Below, one piece after another: positions 28,055-38,317 of a stretch of DNA of 64,000 nt (its first letter is position 1; each line of letters starts with the position of its first letter). The position numbers were made by a program, and so were the translations under genes. This DNA is from an uncultured Gammaproteobacteria bacterium (GTDB lineage: Bacteria; Patescibacteriota; Patescibacteriia; 2-01-FULL-39-33), in assembly GCA_964512625.1 (NCBI GenBank), contig CAZEKG010000003.1, positions 22,953-86,952 on the forward strand. Reading direction: 5' to 3'. The notes beneath the pieces were generated by a model. That model saw nothing but the letters and a program-made list of their open reading frames with translations. It made no database searches and had not been told where the DNA came from.

Positions 28055-28070
28055 TTAGATATATATCTAA
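28055..28070. promoter_or_regulatory. 16-nt perfect palindrome TTAGATATATATCTAA, candidate ArsR/SdpR operator
   Basis: Sits ~20 nt upstream of the arsR-like start codon within its promoter region. Confidence 0.45.
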
Positions 28071-28164
28071 TTATATATCAAGGCGGAAAAAATGTCAAGA
28101 GCCTTGAGATAATATTCGTAAAATCATCTAATTAGCTCTTTAAAAAGTCTTTAATTATTAAAAA

Positions 28165-28200
28165 AAAGCCCCGGAAGATCTTCCGAGGCTTTAGGCATTT
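28165..28200 (-). terminator. terminator of the 28209..29801 gene
   Basis: GCCCCGGAAGATCTTCCGAGGC hairpin with flanking T-run on the minus strand. Confidence 0.6.
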
Positions 28201-28208
28201 TTCTTTTT

Positions 28209-29801
28209 TTATTCTACGATTTCTTCCCGTTTTTCTTTAATGAAGGAAACCGCTTTTTCCAGGAATTCTACTAGCATCTTAAAAGGAGTTTCAATAATGA
28301 AGTCTAAAATGTAAATGAAGATATTGACTTTAGAGAAATTGGAAGAGAAGAAGCGGCCGACTCTTACGACCGGCAAGGTTAGGAAGTCGACGAGGAAATT
28401 AGCCAGGTTGTCTTTTCGCGGAATAACCGAAAGTTGATTGGCGATCGTCCTTAGACGGAAGCCGAAGAAACTGATGATCGTTAAGAAGAAGATGAATAGG
28501 GCGCCGCTTAGGATGTTGAAATGGATTTTATTTAGGAAATAAATGACAATACCGAAGGAAATGCCGAACATGATAAGATAAAGGGTATTAAAGACGATGT
28601 AGCTGAGTGAGCCGCGCTTCATCGCTTTCTTCGGTTTAAAAATGACTTCTCTTTCTTGTCCGAAAGCGATCTTTTTCATTTCCTCGATAATGATCTTGGT
28701 ATTTTTAACGCCCGGGACGCGGATTGTAACCGCTACTAAGAACATCAAGATGGGATGAAAGACGACATTTATGCCTAGCGCTTGCCAGTTGATTTCTTTA
28801 GCGATGAAATAGTCATAAGGTAACTCTAATAAGAAGGCTAGGATCGTTTTAGTGAATAGAATATAAATAATGACTCGGAAAATGCTACCGATTAAGCGCG
28901 ATCTGATTCTTTGGTAGTTGTTTTGACAGACATTGCGAATACTCTCTTCCAGGAAAGCTTCTTCCTCAAAAAGAGAATCAATCTTTTCGGAGTTCTTGAT
29001 GATAGTCTCTCGCAATATAGTGAAGAAAACGGATTGAAGCTTGACGATATGAGTCAATTGATAAGCTAACGGATGTTTTAGATGGCCTTCGATCTTATTC
29101 TTAATGACTAAGAGCTGTTCACAGAAATCCATCGTCGCTTTCGTATCGAAGGAACCCCAATTAGGATAGTAAAGCTTAAGAAGTCGGTATCTTAGGGTAG
29201 CAGGGTCGGCTTTGGCGTAGGTTTTTAAAGTAGCGATGTAGAGTTGGAGATTTTTTTCTTTCTCCTCTATCTCCATTTTAACGAATTTAACATCCTTAAC
29301 CATTTCCGCATACATGAAGTTGGTAATAGCTAAATCGCGTTCATTAGGGAAAAGGAATTCATCAAGCTCGCAAATCGCCAGGCCCAAAAACCAATCGGCA
29401 ACTTTTTTCGAATCGTATATTTCACGGCTTTTTAAATATTCAAAGATGGTTAGGTATTTCTTGACAACAACCGCGAGTTCCTCGATAACGGTTTCCGGCA
29501 GGGTATCATTAGGCAAGTATTGAGCTCTAATAAATTCATAAACCAAGGTTTGGGCGATCTTAGAGCTATCTTTTTCGTTTAAAAAAAGCATTTGGCGCCT
29601 TAATAAGCGACCTAAAGAATTGCGCCTGACGAGATGTTCTTCGTTATAATCAATGGCGTTACGGAATTTTTCGTAAAAAAAGCCTAGCTTGGAAACAAGC
29701 TGGTTTAATTTTATTTTTTCGACTCCCTCGGGTACCGGTTTAGTATGATCCTTTTGGTAAGCCTCGAGGAGCCATTGCATTTCTCCTGTGATTTTAGGCA
29801 T
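28209..29801 (-). CDS. hypothetical membrane protein (soluble N-terminal ~300 aa plus 4-5 C-terminal TM helices)
   Basis: 530 aa; hydrophobic C-terminal half; no recognisable motif. Confidence 0.5.
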   Translation of the reverse strand: MPKITGEMQWLLEAYQKDHTKPVPEGVEKIKLNQLVSKLGFFYEKFRNAIDYNEEHLVRRNSLGRLLRRQMLFLNEKDSSKIAQTLVYEFIRAQYLPNDTLPETVIEELAVVVKKYLTIFEYLKSREIYDSKKVADWFLGLAICELDEFLFPNERDLAITNFMYAEMVKDVKFVKMEIEEKEKNLQLYIATLKTYAKADPATLRYRLLKLYYPNWGSFDTKATMDFCEQLLVIKNKIEGHLKHPLAYQLTHIVKLQSVFFTILRETIIKNSEKIDSLFEEEAFLEESIRNVCQNNYQRIRSRLIGSIFRVIIYILFTKTILAFLLELPYDYFIAKEINWQALGINVVFHPILMFLVAVTIRVPGVKNTKIIIEEMKKIAFGQEREVIFKPKKAMKRGSLSYIVFNTLYLIMFGISFGIVIYFLNKIHFNILSGALFIFFLTIISFFGFRLRTIANQLSVIPRKDNLANFLVDFLTLPVVRVGRFFSSNFSKVNIFIYILDFIIETPFKMLVEFLEKAVSFIKEKREEIVE

Positions 29802-29880
29802 ATGTTTTCAACAATATCTTAGCATAAATAAGCCCCTAGGGGAAGAGGCTGGCCGGTAATCTTGCAACTTTTGGCCGATT

Positions 29881-29909
29881 TTGACAATTTATGCTTTTTA
29901 TAATATAAT
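29881..29909 (+). promoter_or_regulatory. consensus promoter TTGACA-N17-TATAAT for pflB
   Basis: Exact -35 and -10 hexamers with 17-nt spacer, ~110 nt upstream of pflB. Confidence 0.6.
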
Positions 29910-30020
29910 GAAGCAGTTACAATCGAATTTTAAGCTAAATCTCCGGCTTGGCGCTGCGGGATTTTAGTTTTACTTCTTGGCGGTGAAAATAGCCGATTAA
30001 TAACTTAAATTAATATAGAG

Positions 30021-32246
30021 ATGTCAAAAAAAGAATTTAAAAGCGGTAAATGGGCTGAGGGAATCGCGGTGCGTGATTTTGTTTTTAATAATTTTACGCC
30101 CTATGACGGCGAGGCCTCTTTTTTAGTCGGACCGACGAGAAAAACTGAAAAACTTTGGAAAGAATGTCAGAAATTAATAAAAAAAGAAATTAAGAAAGGC
30201 GGCGTCCTTGATATCGATACGGAAAACATTTCTAATATTGTCAGTCATAAAGCCGGCTATATCAAGAAAGAGCTGGAAGTTATTTTTGGCTTGCAAACTG
30301 ATGCGCCACTTAAAAGAGGCATCAAGCCTTTCGGTGGCGTTCGAGTCGTAGAGAGAGCTTGCGAAGAGAATGGCCGGAAACTTAATAAGGAAGTAGTTAA
30401 GATGTGCGAGCAATATCGCAAGACTCATAACGATGGCGTTTTTGATGCTTATACGGATGAGATAAGGACTTATCGCAGCGCCGGAATTGTTACTGGCTTA
30501 CCGGATAACTATGCTCGCGGACGCATTATCGGCGACTATCGACGCGTCGCCCTTTATGGTATTGATCGCCTGATCGAGGCGAAAGAAGCTGATCGGAAAA
30601 AACTTGACGGGCCAATGGTTGATGAGCTTATTAGGCTAAGAGAAGATGTTGGCGAACAGATTAAGGCGCTTAAGATGATGAAAGAAATGGCTTTGACTTA
30701 CGGCTTTGATATATCTAGGCCGGCGAAAAATGCCAAGGAAGCCGTTCAATGGACTTACTTCGCTTACCTTTCAGCTTTAAAAGAACATGATGGCGCGGCT
30801 ATGAGTCTTGGCAATGTCAGTAATTTTTTTGATGCTTATATTGAAAGAGATTTGGAAGACGGAAGTTTGACTGAGGAGCAGGCCCAGGAACTTATTGATC
30901 AATTCATTATTAAACTGCGACTAGTCAGGCATCTAAGAATGGATGAGTACAATAAATTATTTGCCGGCGATCCGACTTGGCTGACGGAATCCTTAGCTGG
31001 AGTTTGGCTTAATGGCCAACATAAAGTAACGAAAACCAGTTACCGCTTCCTGCATACTCTTTATAATCTTGGGCCGTCGCCGGAACCGAACTTGACCGTT
31101 CTTTGGTCGGAAAAATTGCCGGAGAATTTTAAGAAATATTGCGCCAAAGTTTCTATTGATACTTCTTCCGTCCAATACGAGAATGATGATCTTATGAGGC
31201 AGGTCAGCTGTTCTGATGATTACGGTATTAGTTGTTGTGTTTCCTTGCTTCGAACTGGAGAGCAGATGCAATTTTTCGGTGCTCGCTGCAATCTTGCTAA
31301 AACTTTACTTTTAGCTATCAATCAAGGCTACGACGAAATAACAGGCAAGCTTATTGTTAAAGATCTTAAGCCGCTTATTAATGAAACCCTTGAGTATGAG
31401 GAAGTTTTAGAACGCTTTAAGGCAGCGATGGCGGAAGTGGCGCGCACTTATGTTAATACTATGAATGTCATCCATTACATGCATGACAAATATTATTACG
31501 AGCGGGCACAGATGGCTCTTTTAAATACTAATGTCGATCGAGTCATGGCTTTCGGGATCGCCGGTCTTTCTGTTGTTGCTGATTCACTTTCAGCTATGAA
31601 GTACGCTAAGGTTACAGCGATTAGGAATGAGAATAAGATCACGACTGAATTCAAAGTTGAAGGCGAGTATCCGAAGTACGGCAATGATGATAATCGAGTT
31701 GATGATATCGCGAAAATGCTCGTCGACCTTTTTAATGAAGAGCTAAAGAAGCATCATATTTATCGCGACGCTAAGCCGACCCTTTCCGTCTTAACTATTA
31801 CTTCTAATGTAGTTTATGGAAAGAAAACCGGTTCTACTCCTGATGGCCGTAAAGCGGGGGAAGCCTTTGCTCCCGGCGCTAATCCGATGCATGGCCGGGA
31901 TACTTCCGGCGCCATCGCTTCGCTTAATTCCGTCGCTAAGCTAAGTTATGAAAATGCTCAGGACGGCATTTCTAATACTTTTTCCATGGTGCCTCAATCC
32001 TTAGGTAAGAATGAAGAGGAGAGGATCAATAATCTTTGCAGTTTGCTTGACGGTTATTTCAATAAGAAAGCCCACCATCTTAATGTTAATATTTTAAATA
32101 AAGAGACTTTGCTCGATGCTATGGCGCACCCGGAAAATTATCCGCAATTAACGATTCGGGTTTCTGGCTATGCGGTTAATTTCATCAAGTTGACGCCGGA
32201 ACAGCAACAGGAAGTCTTAGCTCGGACCTTTTTTGAAAAAATGTAA
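30021..32246 (+). CDS. pflB: formate C-acetyltransferase (pyruvate formate-lyase, glycyl-radical enzyme)
   Basis: 741 aa with C-terminal RVSGYAVNF glycyl-radical motif and the active-site Cys-Cys region. Confidence 0.9.
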   Translation: MSKKEFKSGKWAEGIAVRDFVFNNFTPYDGEASFLVGPTRKTEKLWKECQKLIKKEIKKGGVLDIDTENISNIVSHKAGYIKKELEVIFGLQTDAPLKRGIKPFGGVRVVERACEENGRKLNKEVVKMCEQYRKTHNDGVFDAYTDEIRTYRSAGIVTGLPDNYARGRIIGDYRRVALYGIDRLIEAKEADRKKLDGPMVDELIRLREDVGEQIKALKMMKEMALTYGFDISRPAKNAKEAVQWTYFAYLSALKEHDGAAMSLGNVSNFFDAYIERDLEDGSLTEEQAQELIDQFIIKLRLVRHLRMDEYNKLFAGDPTWLTESLAGVWLNGQHKVTKTSYRFLHTLYNLGPSPEPNLTVLWSEKLPENFKKYCAKVSIDTSSVQYENDDLMRQVSCSDDYGISCCVSLLRTGEQMQFFGARCNLAKTLLLAINQGYDEITGKLIVKDLKPLINETLEYEEVLERFKAAMAEVARTYVNTMNVIHYMHDKYYYERAQMALLNTNVDRVMAFGIAGLSVVADSLSAMKYAKVTAIRNENKITTEFKVEGEYPKYGNDDNRVDDIAKMLVDLFNEELKKHHIYRDAKPTLSVLTITSNVVYGKKTGSTPDGRKAGEAFAPGANPMHGRDTSGAIASLNSVAKLSYENAQDGISNTFSMVPQSLGKNEEERINNLCSLLDGYFNKKAHHLNVNILNKETLLDAMAHPENYPQLTIRVSGYAVNFIKLTPEQQQEVLARTFFEKM

Positions 32247-32248
32247 TT

Positions 32249-32974
32249 ATGTTAAAGGTCCATTCTATAGAAACTTTCGGTACACATGAAGGCCCGGGCA
32301 TCCGTTTGGTCATTTTTCTCCAAGGTTGCAATTATAAGTGTCTTTATTGCCATAATCCTGATACTCAAAGCCTTGAGGGCGGAAAGGAAATGGCGATTGA
32401 GGAAATCGTCGAGTTAGCTTTAGGCGAACAGCCATATTTTAAGAACGGCGGCGGCGTTACTATTTCCGGCGGCGAACCCTTGTTGCAAGCGAAAGAGTTG
32501 ATAGAGTTGTTTAAGAAATTAAAGGAGGCGGGAATAAGTACGGCGCTCGATACGAACGGCTCGATTCTTTCTCAGGAGGTTAAGGAACTGCTCGATTTGA
32601 CGGATTTGGTCTTATTGGATATAAAGCATATCGAGGAAGCGGGGCATAAGAAGATTACCGGCGCTTCAAGGGCGGTTCCGGAAGCATTCGCTAAGTACTT
32701 AAAGGAAGTTGGTAAGCCGGTTTGGCTTAGGTATGTCCTAGTTCCCGGCTATACCGATAAGGCTCAGGAGATGGAAGCGACGGGATTATTTTTCAAGGCT
32801 TTTGAGAATATCGAGCGCTTGGAAGTCCTGCCTTACCATACTCTCGGGATTCATAAGTACGAACATCTAGGAATGGATTATGCTCTTAAGGATTCAGCGG
32901 TTCCGACGAAGGCGGAAGTTGAAAAGGCGAAAGAGATTTTTGATAGATATTTCAAGAAGGTTTTAGTCGGGTAA
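32249..32974 (+). CDS. pflA: pyruvate formate-lyase activating enzyme (radical SAM)
   Basis: CNYKCLYCHNPDT radical-SAM cluster motif; 2 nt after pflB. Confidence 0.9.
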   Translation: MLKVHSIETFGTHEGPGIRLVIFLQGCNYKCLYCHNPDTQSLEGGKEMAIEEIVELALGEQPYFKNGGGVTISGGEPLLQAKELIELFKKLKEAGISTALDTNGSILSQEVKELLDLTDLVLLDIKHIEEAGHKKITGASRAVPEAFAKYLKEVGKPVWLRYVLVPGYTDKAQEMEATGLFFKAFENIERLEVLPYHTLGIHKYEHLGMDYALKDSAVPTKAEVEKAKEIFDRYFKKVLVG

Positions 32975-33004
32975 AAATAATTAGATAAAAATGAAAAACG
33001 CAAA

Positions 33005-33532
33005 TCAGCGTTTTTTATTTTTCTTTATTTTTAAGGGTTCGAATTGCCGGCCAAGATCGAATGATTTTTTTGATATGATCATGAGCCAATGGCCGTGTTT
33101 TTCAAAGCCACTATGCCAGCGAGCTAAGAAGACGGTTTCATCTAATTTGAAATTCTTGCCATTCCAAGGATCATTAAGGGTTAGGCTTTTTGTAAAACGG
33201 TTATAGCCAGAGATGACGGCGAAATGGCCCTGATCATCGGATGGTTCTATATAATTAACTAAGATTGGTAATTTCAAGTTAATGTAATATTTTATCTCCT
33301 CAAGATTGGATTTTGAATTGACATAAACGAAGAATTTGGAATTTCGAGCGGCTTCAATCATCTTTTCATTATTAATGCCATTTTTCTTTATCTCAGTCAG
33401 GGTCAACCCTGTCATTTTAGCCAATTCTTTTTGAGATTTGAATTTGCCGAAGAAAGACATTAGCATTTGAAGCGAGGCAGCGCCACAAAAATAATCTCTC
33501 TTTTGTCGGTAATAAGGTACTTTTATTTTCAT
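33005..33532 (-). CDS. peptidase C39-like (papain-fold) domain protein
   Basis: YYRQKRDYFCGAASLQM (Cys) and GHFAVISGY (His) in the spacing of C39-like peptidases. Confidence 0.55.
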   Translation of the reverse strand: MKIKVPYYRQKRDYFCGAASLQMLMSFFGKFKSQKELAKMTGLTLTEIKKNGINNEKMIEAARNSKFFVYVNSKSNLEEIKYYINLKLPILVNYIEPSDDQGHFAVISGYNRFTKSLTLNDPWNGKNFKLDETVFLARWHSGFEKHGHWLMIISKKSFDLGRQFEPLKIKKNKKR

Positions 33533-33613
33533 AAAGCATTTATTTAACTTTCTTTGATATCTTATTATATTTTATTTTAAATAGATCTTTAATACAAGGG
33601 TTTTTTGTCTATA

Positions 33614-33642
33614 TTGACAAGAATTTTTTTCAATGATACGAT
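33614..33642 (+). promoter_or_regulatory. promoter TTGACA-N17-TACGAT for ORFan 4
   Basis: Perfect -35, 17-nt spacer, 4/6 -10; ~55-nt leader ends in an AAGGAGG RBS. Confidence 0.5.
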
Positions 33643-33697
33643 TACTAGCGCATTTTGGTTTCTATGGAGTTGGTTCTTTAGAAGGAGGATTTGCCCT

Positions 33698-34228
33698 ATG
33701 ATTGCAGTTCGGGGGGAAGCGAAACAATCGCCAATCATTCAATCACCAGAGAAGGGAGAACGGAAAAGCAGGATTATTGAGCAGATTGTCGATCACTTGC
33801 AAACTTCGCACAGCAGTGCGCACGAAAGTTTGCGAGTCGTACAATCTCATATCGCCCAACGGGGAGACAAGCACCATGAAGAGGATAGTAGCGGAGCAAA
33901 CTCCTCTTTGCCTAATACCCTTGAGGTATGTGGAAAGAGAAGAGTCTTCATCTCTCGTCAGATTGAAGCTTTAAACCGTCGGGGAGTAACGCTTCACTCT
34001 GTGGTCGAGATCGGCGCTATTGTTAAGTTGGACAATGGCGGCCAGGTTATCCATCTTCTCATTACCGAGCATCTTGGCGGGGAGCAGATTGAGATCGTCG
34101 ACGATCCGATCGGAACTCTCAACCTGGTCAAGGTCGATGCGCCGATCGCTGTTTCTATCGCCGGCCTCGCTCAGGGAGGGCAAGGCGGATTCCGGGATCA
34201 TTCCATCAAAGTCCTGGAAGTCTTCTAG
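33698..34228 (+). CDS. hypothetical protein (GC-rich ORFan cassette 4)
   Basis: ATG 9 nt after AAGGAGGA; elevated GC; own terminator; no recognisable domain. Confidence 0.55.
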   Translation: MIAVRGEAKQSPIIQSPEKGERKSRIIEQIVDHLQTSHSSAHESLRVVQSHIAQRGDKHHEEDSSGANSSLPNTLEVCGKRRVFISRQIEALNRRGVTLHSVVEIGAIVKLDNGGQVIHLLITEHLGGEQIEIVDDPIGTLNLVKVDAPIAVSIAGLAQGGQGGFRDHSIKVLEVF

Positions 34229-34243
34229 GCTTCGAACAAATAC

Positions 34244-34271
34244 AATCCATCGTTGATTCGATGGATTTTTA
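34244..34271 (+). terminator. rho-independent terminator of ORFan 4
   Basis: AATCCATCG-TTGATT-CGATGGATT followed by TTTTT. Confidence 0.7.
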
Positions 34272-34330
34272 ATTTGCCAATTAAGCCATTTAAGTGATAA
34301 TATGCGCTTAAGAGTAATGAGATAAAAAAT

Positions 34331-35449
34331 ATGTCTCAAAAAGTAAAAGATTGGGTCAATTATGTAATTGAGCCGACGGGCGTAGTTATTGACGGTCCCA
34401 ACCCTTGGGATCCGCAAGTTAAGAATCAGGAGTTGTTCAATCGCGTTAAAGCCCAGGGATCTCTCGGTCTCGGCGAGGCTTATATGGAGGGTTGGTGGGA
34501 GTGTGAAAAGCTGGATGAATTTTTTTATCGGCTGCTCTCGACTGATATTTATTCGCGCCTTGGATTATCGCTGCCGGTCGTTCTAAGTTTCTTAGAAGCG
34601 AAGCTTATTAACATGCAGGCGAAGCGCCGGGCTTTCCAAGTCGGAGAAAAGCATTACGATATCGGCAATGACTTGTTTGTTGCTATGCTGGGAGAAAGCA
34701 TGACTTACAGTTGTGGTTATTTTAAAGAAACAGCTGATTTAACCGAAGCGGAATATGCCAAGTTGGATTTAATTTGTCGCAAGCTCGATCTTAAGCCCGG
34801 CCAGCGCGTTTTGGATATCGGTTGCGGTTGGGGCAGTTTCGCGCGTCATGCGGCCAAGAATTATGGCGTTAAGGTTGTAGGTATTACTATTTCCAAGGAA
34901 CAGAAAAGGTTAGCCGAAGAGTTGTGCGCCGGATTGGATGTGGAAATAAGATTGACTGACTATCGAGAAATGAATGAGAAGTTCGATCATATCGTTTCAG
35001 TCGGCATGATCGAGCATGTTGGCGTTAAGAATTACAGGACCTATATGGAAGTGGCGAGAAGATGCTTAAAAGAAGACGGCCTATTTCTTCTTCATACTAT
35101 CGGCAGTTTAAAATCGGGCAATAATACCGACCCATGGATTGGCAAGTATATTTTCCCTAACGGCATGTTGCCGTCCTTGAGGCAATTGACTGAGAGTGTT
35201 GAAAAATTATTTGTTATTGAAGATGTCCATAACTTTGGCGCTGATTACGATAAGACTTTAATGGCTTGGCATAAGAATTTCGTCGTCGCTTGGCCGGAGT
35301 TGAAGAAGGATTATGATGAAAGATTTTATCGCATGTGGGTTTATTATCTTCTTTGCTGCGCTGGCGGCTTTAGGGCGCGTTCAATCCAGCTTTGGCAGAT
35401 TGTTTTATCGCCTAAGGGCGTCCCGGACGGGTATAGGTCGGTGAGGTAG
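34331..35449 (+). CDS. cfa: cyclopropane-fatty-acyl-phospholipid synthase
   Basis: VLDIGCGWGSFARHAA SAM-binding motif and CFA synthase family architecture. Confidence 0.9.
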   Translation: MSQKVKDWVNYVIEPTGVVIDGPNPWDPQVKNQELFNRVKAQGSLGLGEAYMEGWWECEKLDEFFYRLLSTDIYSRLGLSLPVVLSFLEAKLINMQAKRRAFQVGEKHYDIGNDLFVAMLGESMTYSCGYFKETADLTEAEYAKLDLICRKLDLKPGQRVLDIGCGWGSFARHAAKNYGVKVVGITISKEQKRLAEELCAGLDVEIRLTDYREMNEKFDHIVSVGMIEHVGVKNYRTYMEVARRCLKEDGLFLLHTIGSLKSGNNTDPWIGKYIFPNGMLPSLRQLTESVEKLFVIEDVHNFGADYDKTLMAWHKNFVVAWPELKKDYDERFYRMWVYYLLCCAGGFRARSIQLWQIVLSPKGVPDGYRSVR

Positions 35450-35490
35450 GGGGATCGCGCTCGCAAATACGAATAAGGATAAATTAAAAG

Positions 35491-35523
35491 ACCGCATGGA
35501 AGAACCATGCGGTTTGTGTTTTT
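35491..35523. terminator. bidirectional terminator (cfa and ORFan 5)
   Basis: ACCGCATGG-AAGAA-CCATGCGGT with T-runs on both strands. Confidence 0.7.
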
Positions 35524-35534
35524 CTGATTTCGAG

Positions 35535-35945
35535 CTAGTTGTTACTCGCGTTGTCGCTGGAGAGCTGTGGGCCGAAGACGAGCGATACGGAATTTTCGGG
35601 AGCGCCATTGACTCGGACATCAGTACTCTCGAAGAAAAACCAGACATCGAGAGTTCCTTTAGGCATGAGGCTCATGAGGAGTTCGAGGCTGGCGACATCA
35701 TCTCTACTGATGACGGCCGTGAGGACGAGCTTTTGAATAGTGGGTTCGTCGCGATAAATGTGGATCAAGACACTCTTTCCCCTGTTCTCTTTTCGCATAT
35801 GATAAGCTGATTGAGCCTTCATATTCTCCGCTAGGCGACTCGTAACTTCTGCGCCCTTTTCGTCTATGGGCGCGAAATGGAAGAGCTTGTCAAGCATATC
35901 ATTCTCTTCCATGACCATCTTAATTTCTGGTGCGGTTTTTGGCAT
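35535..35945 (-). CDS. hypothetical protein (GC-rich ORFan cassette 5)
   Basis: ATG at 35945 with AGGGAG RBS 7 nt upstream; ~50% GC; shares the hairpin terminator. Confidence 0.5.
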   Translation of the reverse strand: MPKTAPEIKMVMEENDMLDKLFHFAPIDEKGAEVTSRLAENMKAQSAYHMRKENRGKSVLIHIYRDEPTIQKLVLTAVISRDDVASLELLMSLMPKGTLDVWFFFESTDVRVNGAPENSVSLVFGPQLSSDNASNN

Positions 35946-36036
35946 TTTTCTTCTCCCTCTTGTTATCCCGTTTTTGGCGTGAAAATGTGCTGTGCTTTTA
36001 GCTGACTTCTCATATTAGCACTTTACTGCTTTTTTG

Positions 36037-36912
36037 TCAATATCTCCTAGTATGATTAATATTAAAACTAATGCTAAAATCAACGCCATCCGCGTAATCG
36101 ACTATGCCTTCATGGCCATTTAAATTCCTCTTTGATGATTCTTTGGCGTATTCTTCAACTCTTTTTTTCTTCTCTTTTTCCCCCAGCGCTTTATTATTCA
36201 GGCATGGTCCGCCGATGCAGCCGCCCGGACAGTTTAAGATATCAATGAAGCGATAAGGGCTTTGCCCGGATTTTATTTCTTCAAGAGCTGTTTTAATATT
36301 AGTTATTCCATCGGTAATTAAAATTTCCTCAGGCTTGAAAAAATGATTGATGTGAGCGGTATTGGCTAGGCCGCCGGAAATGGGATAAACCTTAGTATAT
36401 TCACGAATGAAAGAATCAAAAAAATAATCTCGATTGAAGTCCTCGTTTTTAATTCCCTCCGCCTCAAAAATATTTTTTAATTCCTCGAAGGTTAGGACGA
36501 GGTCAACAAAGCCGGGATATTTAGGGGCTTCGACATTTTTCTTAGCTAGGCACGGGGAGACAAAAACCACCTTATGATCAGGGTGATGTTTTTTATAAAT
36601 CTTGGCCATGGAAGCCATCGGAGAAACTATAGGTATCAGATATTTTTTTAATTCGGGATATTGATTTTCGATAAGAGAGACGACCATCGGACAAGGGGAG
36701 GCGATGAAATACTTTTGATCCTTATTATCCTCGATGTATTTCGCATAACTCCAATTGACCATCCTAGCGCCGTAGGTTAGTTCAGTCACAAAATCAAATC
36801 CTAGTTCGCGAAGCATACCGATGATACTTGGATATTTAAAATCAATCGGAAAAGCCGGTGCTAACATGACGATTGATTTGTGATTTTTTATAGTATTGAT
36901 TATTTGATCCAT
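36037..36912 (-). CDS. [FeFe]-hydrogenase H-domain-like protein (minimal, altered L1 motif)
   Basis: L2-like SPCLAKKNVE and L3-like NCPGGCIGGPC H-cluster motifs. L1 reads ASPCPMV rather than TSCCPxW (single Cys). Only 291 aa and no ferredoxin-like domains. Confidence 0.6.
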   Translation of the reverse strand: MDQIINTIKNHKSIVMLAPAFPIDFKYPSIIGMLRELGFDFVTELTYGARMVNWSYAKYIEDNKDQKYFIASPCPMVVSLIENQYPELKKYLIPIVSPMASMAKIYKKHHPDHKVVFVSPCLAKKNVEAPKYPGFVDLVLTFEELKNIFEAEGIKNEDFNRDYFFDSFIREYTKVYPISGGLANTAHINHFFKPEEILITDGITNIKTALEEIKSGQSPYRFIDILNCPGGCIGGPCLNNKALGEKEKKKRVEEYAKESSKRNLNGHEGIVDYADGVDFSISFNINHTRRY

Positions 36913-37002
36913 GGCTTTTAGACATTTTTAGTTAGGGTTATCTTAGCATAAAATCGGCGGAAGCTCTATAGCTTATTGAAAGGATTTAGTTCATATCTAA
37001 AT

Positions 37003-37032
37003 TAAAAAAGAGCCTGTTTAAGAGGCTCTTTC
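37003..37032. terminator. bidirectional terminator
   Basis: AGAGCCT-GTTTAAG-AGGCTCT hairpin with flanking A-run and T-run. Confidence 0.55.
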
Positions 37033-37124
37033 CAGTATTTTCGATCGTAATTTATTAATATTAAGGTTATTAGTGAAAATTGGCTTATTGAAAATTACTT
37101 TTAGATATTTTTATGTTCTTGATT

Positions 37125-38135
37125 TCATTTCCATAAGCTCATGAAATCAATCCATTGACTTAGCTCGCTTTTATTTTGGACATAACCGAGAATGTTTACG
37201 GTCGCGCCCTTATGGACACCTAGGTGTAGATGTTTTCTCTCGCCGCCAGTTTCCGTACTGTAGCCTTTGCCGAGAATGCCGATCAGATCGCCTTGATTTA
37301 AGTTTTTATTTAAGGAAATGGTGATGCTTTCTAGTTTAAGATGGCCGTAAATAACAGTAATATTTTCTTGATTAATCTTGCAAGATTGGACGGCGACGCC
37401 GCCATAGCCAGTTGCAGATTTTTTTAGGATTAAAGGTCCGGAGCATATGGCATAAATCGGTACATCAATATTTTGTTCTGATGGTGTTGTCTCAAAGTCA
37501 ACGCCCGTATGGTAGCCGGTAAAATGTTCAGGATTTATTGGTGAATTATCGGGCGTAGTGTAGATGCCGAAAGGTTTTTTAGTAACGCGGGTTAAAGCGT
37601 CACTTATTGGTAGAGAAATATCGGAACTTGAAGATGAGATTGCTTGATTATTTACGATTGGTAAAGCAATTTTGAATCTTACAGGAATTTGTAGTTCGTT
37701 ATCATTTTTTGGCAAACCGGAGGGATTGTCTTTTTGCAAAATAATTTCTCCGGAAGTTGAACTGCCAGGATTAAAGTCGATTGTTGAGGTAAAGGAGACA
37801 TAATCATTAGTCATCCAATCACTCTCAGTCATACCTTGGCCGCGTCCTATTATTTCTTTTTTATCATTGATAATTTGAATCGGGAAAACCGCTTCAAAAT
37901 ACCAAACGCCTCTGGCCTGGCCTTTTATAGTTATTGGGCTGGTTATTTCCTGATTCGGTAAAATATTAGTAACTTTTATTAAGTCATCTTTAGCGGGATA
38001 GGTTGGTGGAGTAGTAGTTTGATTTTGACTTGGAAGGATGGGGGGAATCGGTTTAAAGAGGTTATAACTAAGCAGTCCTAAAATGATTAGAATAGCTAAA
38101 ATAACTATAATTATAATAATATTGGCTATTTTCAT
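37125..38135 (-). CDS. M23-family (LytM-like) peptidase with N-terminal TM anchor
   Basis: HTGVDFE and HLHLGVHKG zinc-binding motifs of peptidase M23; N-terminal hydrophobic helix. Confidence 0.8.
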   Translation of the reverse strand: MKIANIIIIIVILAILIILGLLSYNLFKPIPPILPSQNQTTTPPTYPAKDDLIKVTNILPNQEITSPITIKGQARGVWYFEAVFPIQIINDKKEIIGRGQGMTESDWMTNDYVSFTSTIDFNPGSSTSGEIILQKDNPSGLPKNDNELQIPVRFKIALPIVNNQAISSSSSDISLPISDALTRVTKKPFGIYTTPDNSPINPEHFTGYHTGVDFETTPSEQNIDVPIYAICSGPLILKKSATGYGGVAVQSCKINQENITVIYGHLKLESITISLNKNLNQGDLIGILGKGYSTETGGERKHLHLGVHKGATVNILGYVQNKSELSQWIDFMSLWK

Positions 38136-38317
38136 ATTTTTAACTTAATTTATGTAATTAGGTCTTACTGCCTGGTAATACCTTTAGCTGAGCGGTTTTG
38201 TTTTAAATTAAAATAAAAAGGGGCTATTTCTTCTTTTAAGGGTTTAATTGTGTATAATTGAAACTTTTGGCTACTTTCAGCAATATTACCGATTATTAAC
38301 TAAAACTAAATAAATTT

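Noticed and set aside
33605-34417. Alternative ORFs around GC-rich cassette 4 (33605 TTG start, 33702..33974, 33971..34417 minus, 34020..34256)
   Set aside because: High GC produces long spurious frames on both strands. Only 33698..34228 has an AAGGAGG RBS at correct spacing and a dedicated terminator.
35496-35810. Plus-strand 104-aa ORF overlapping ORFan 5
   Set aside because: Its start codon lies inside the cfa terminator hairpin (35491-35513) and it has no RBS. The minus-strand ORF has an RBS plus terminator.
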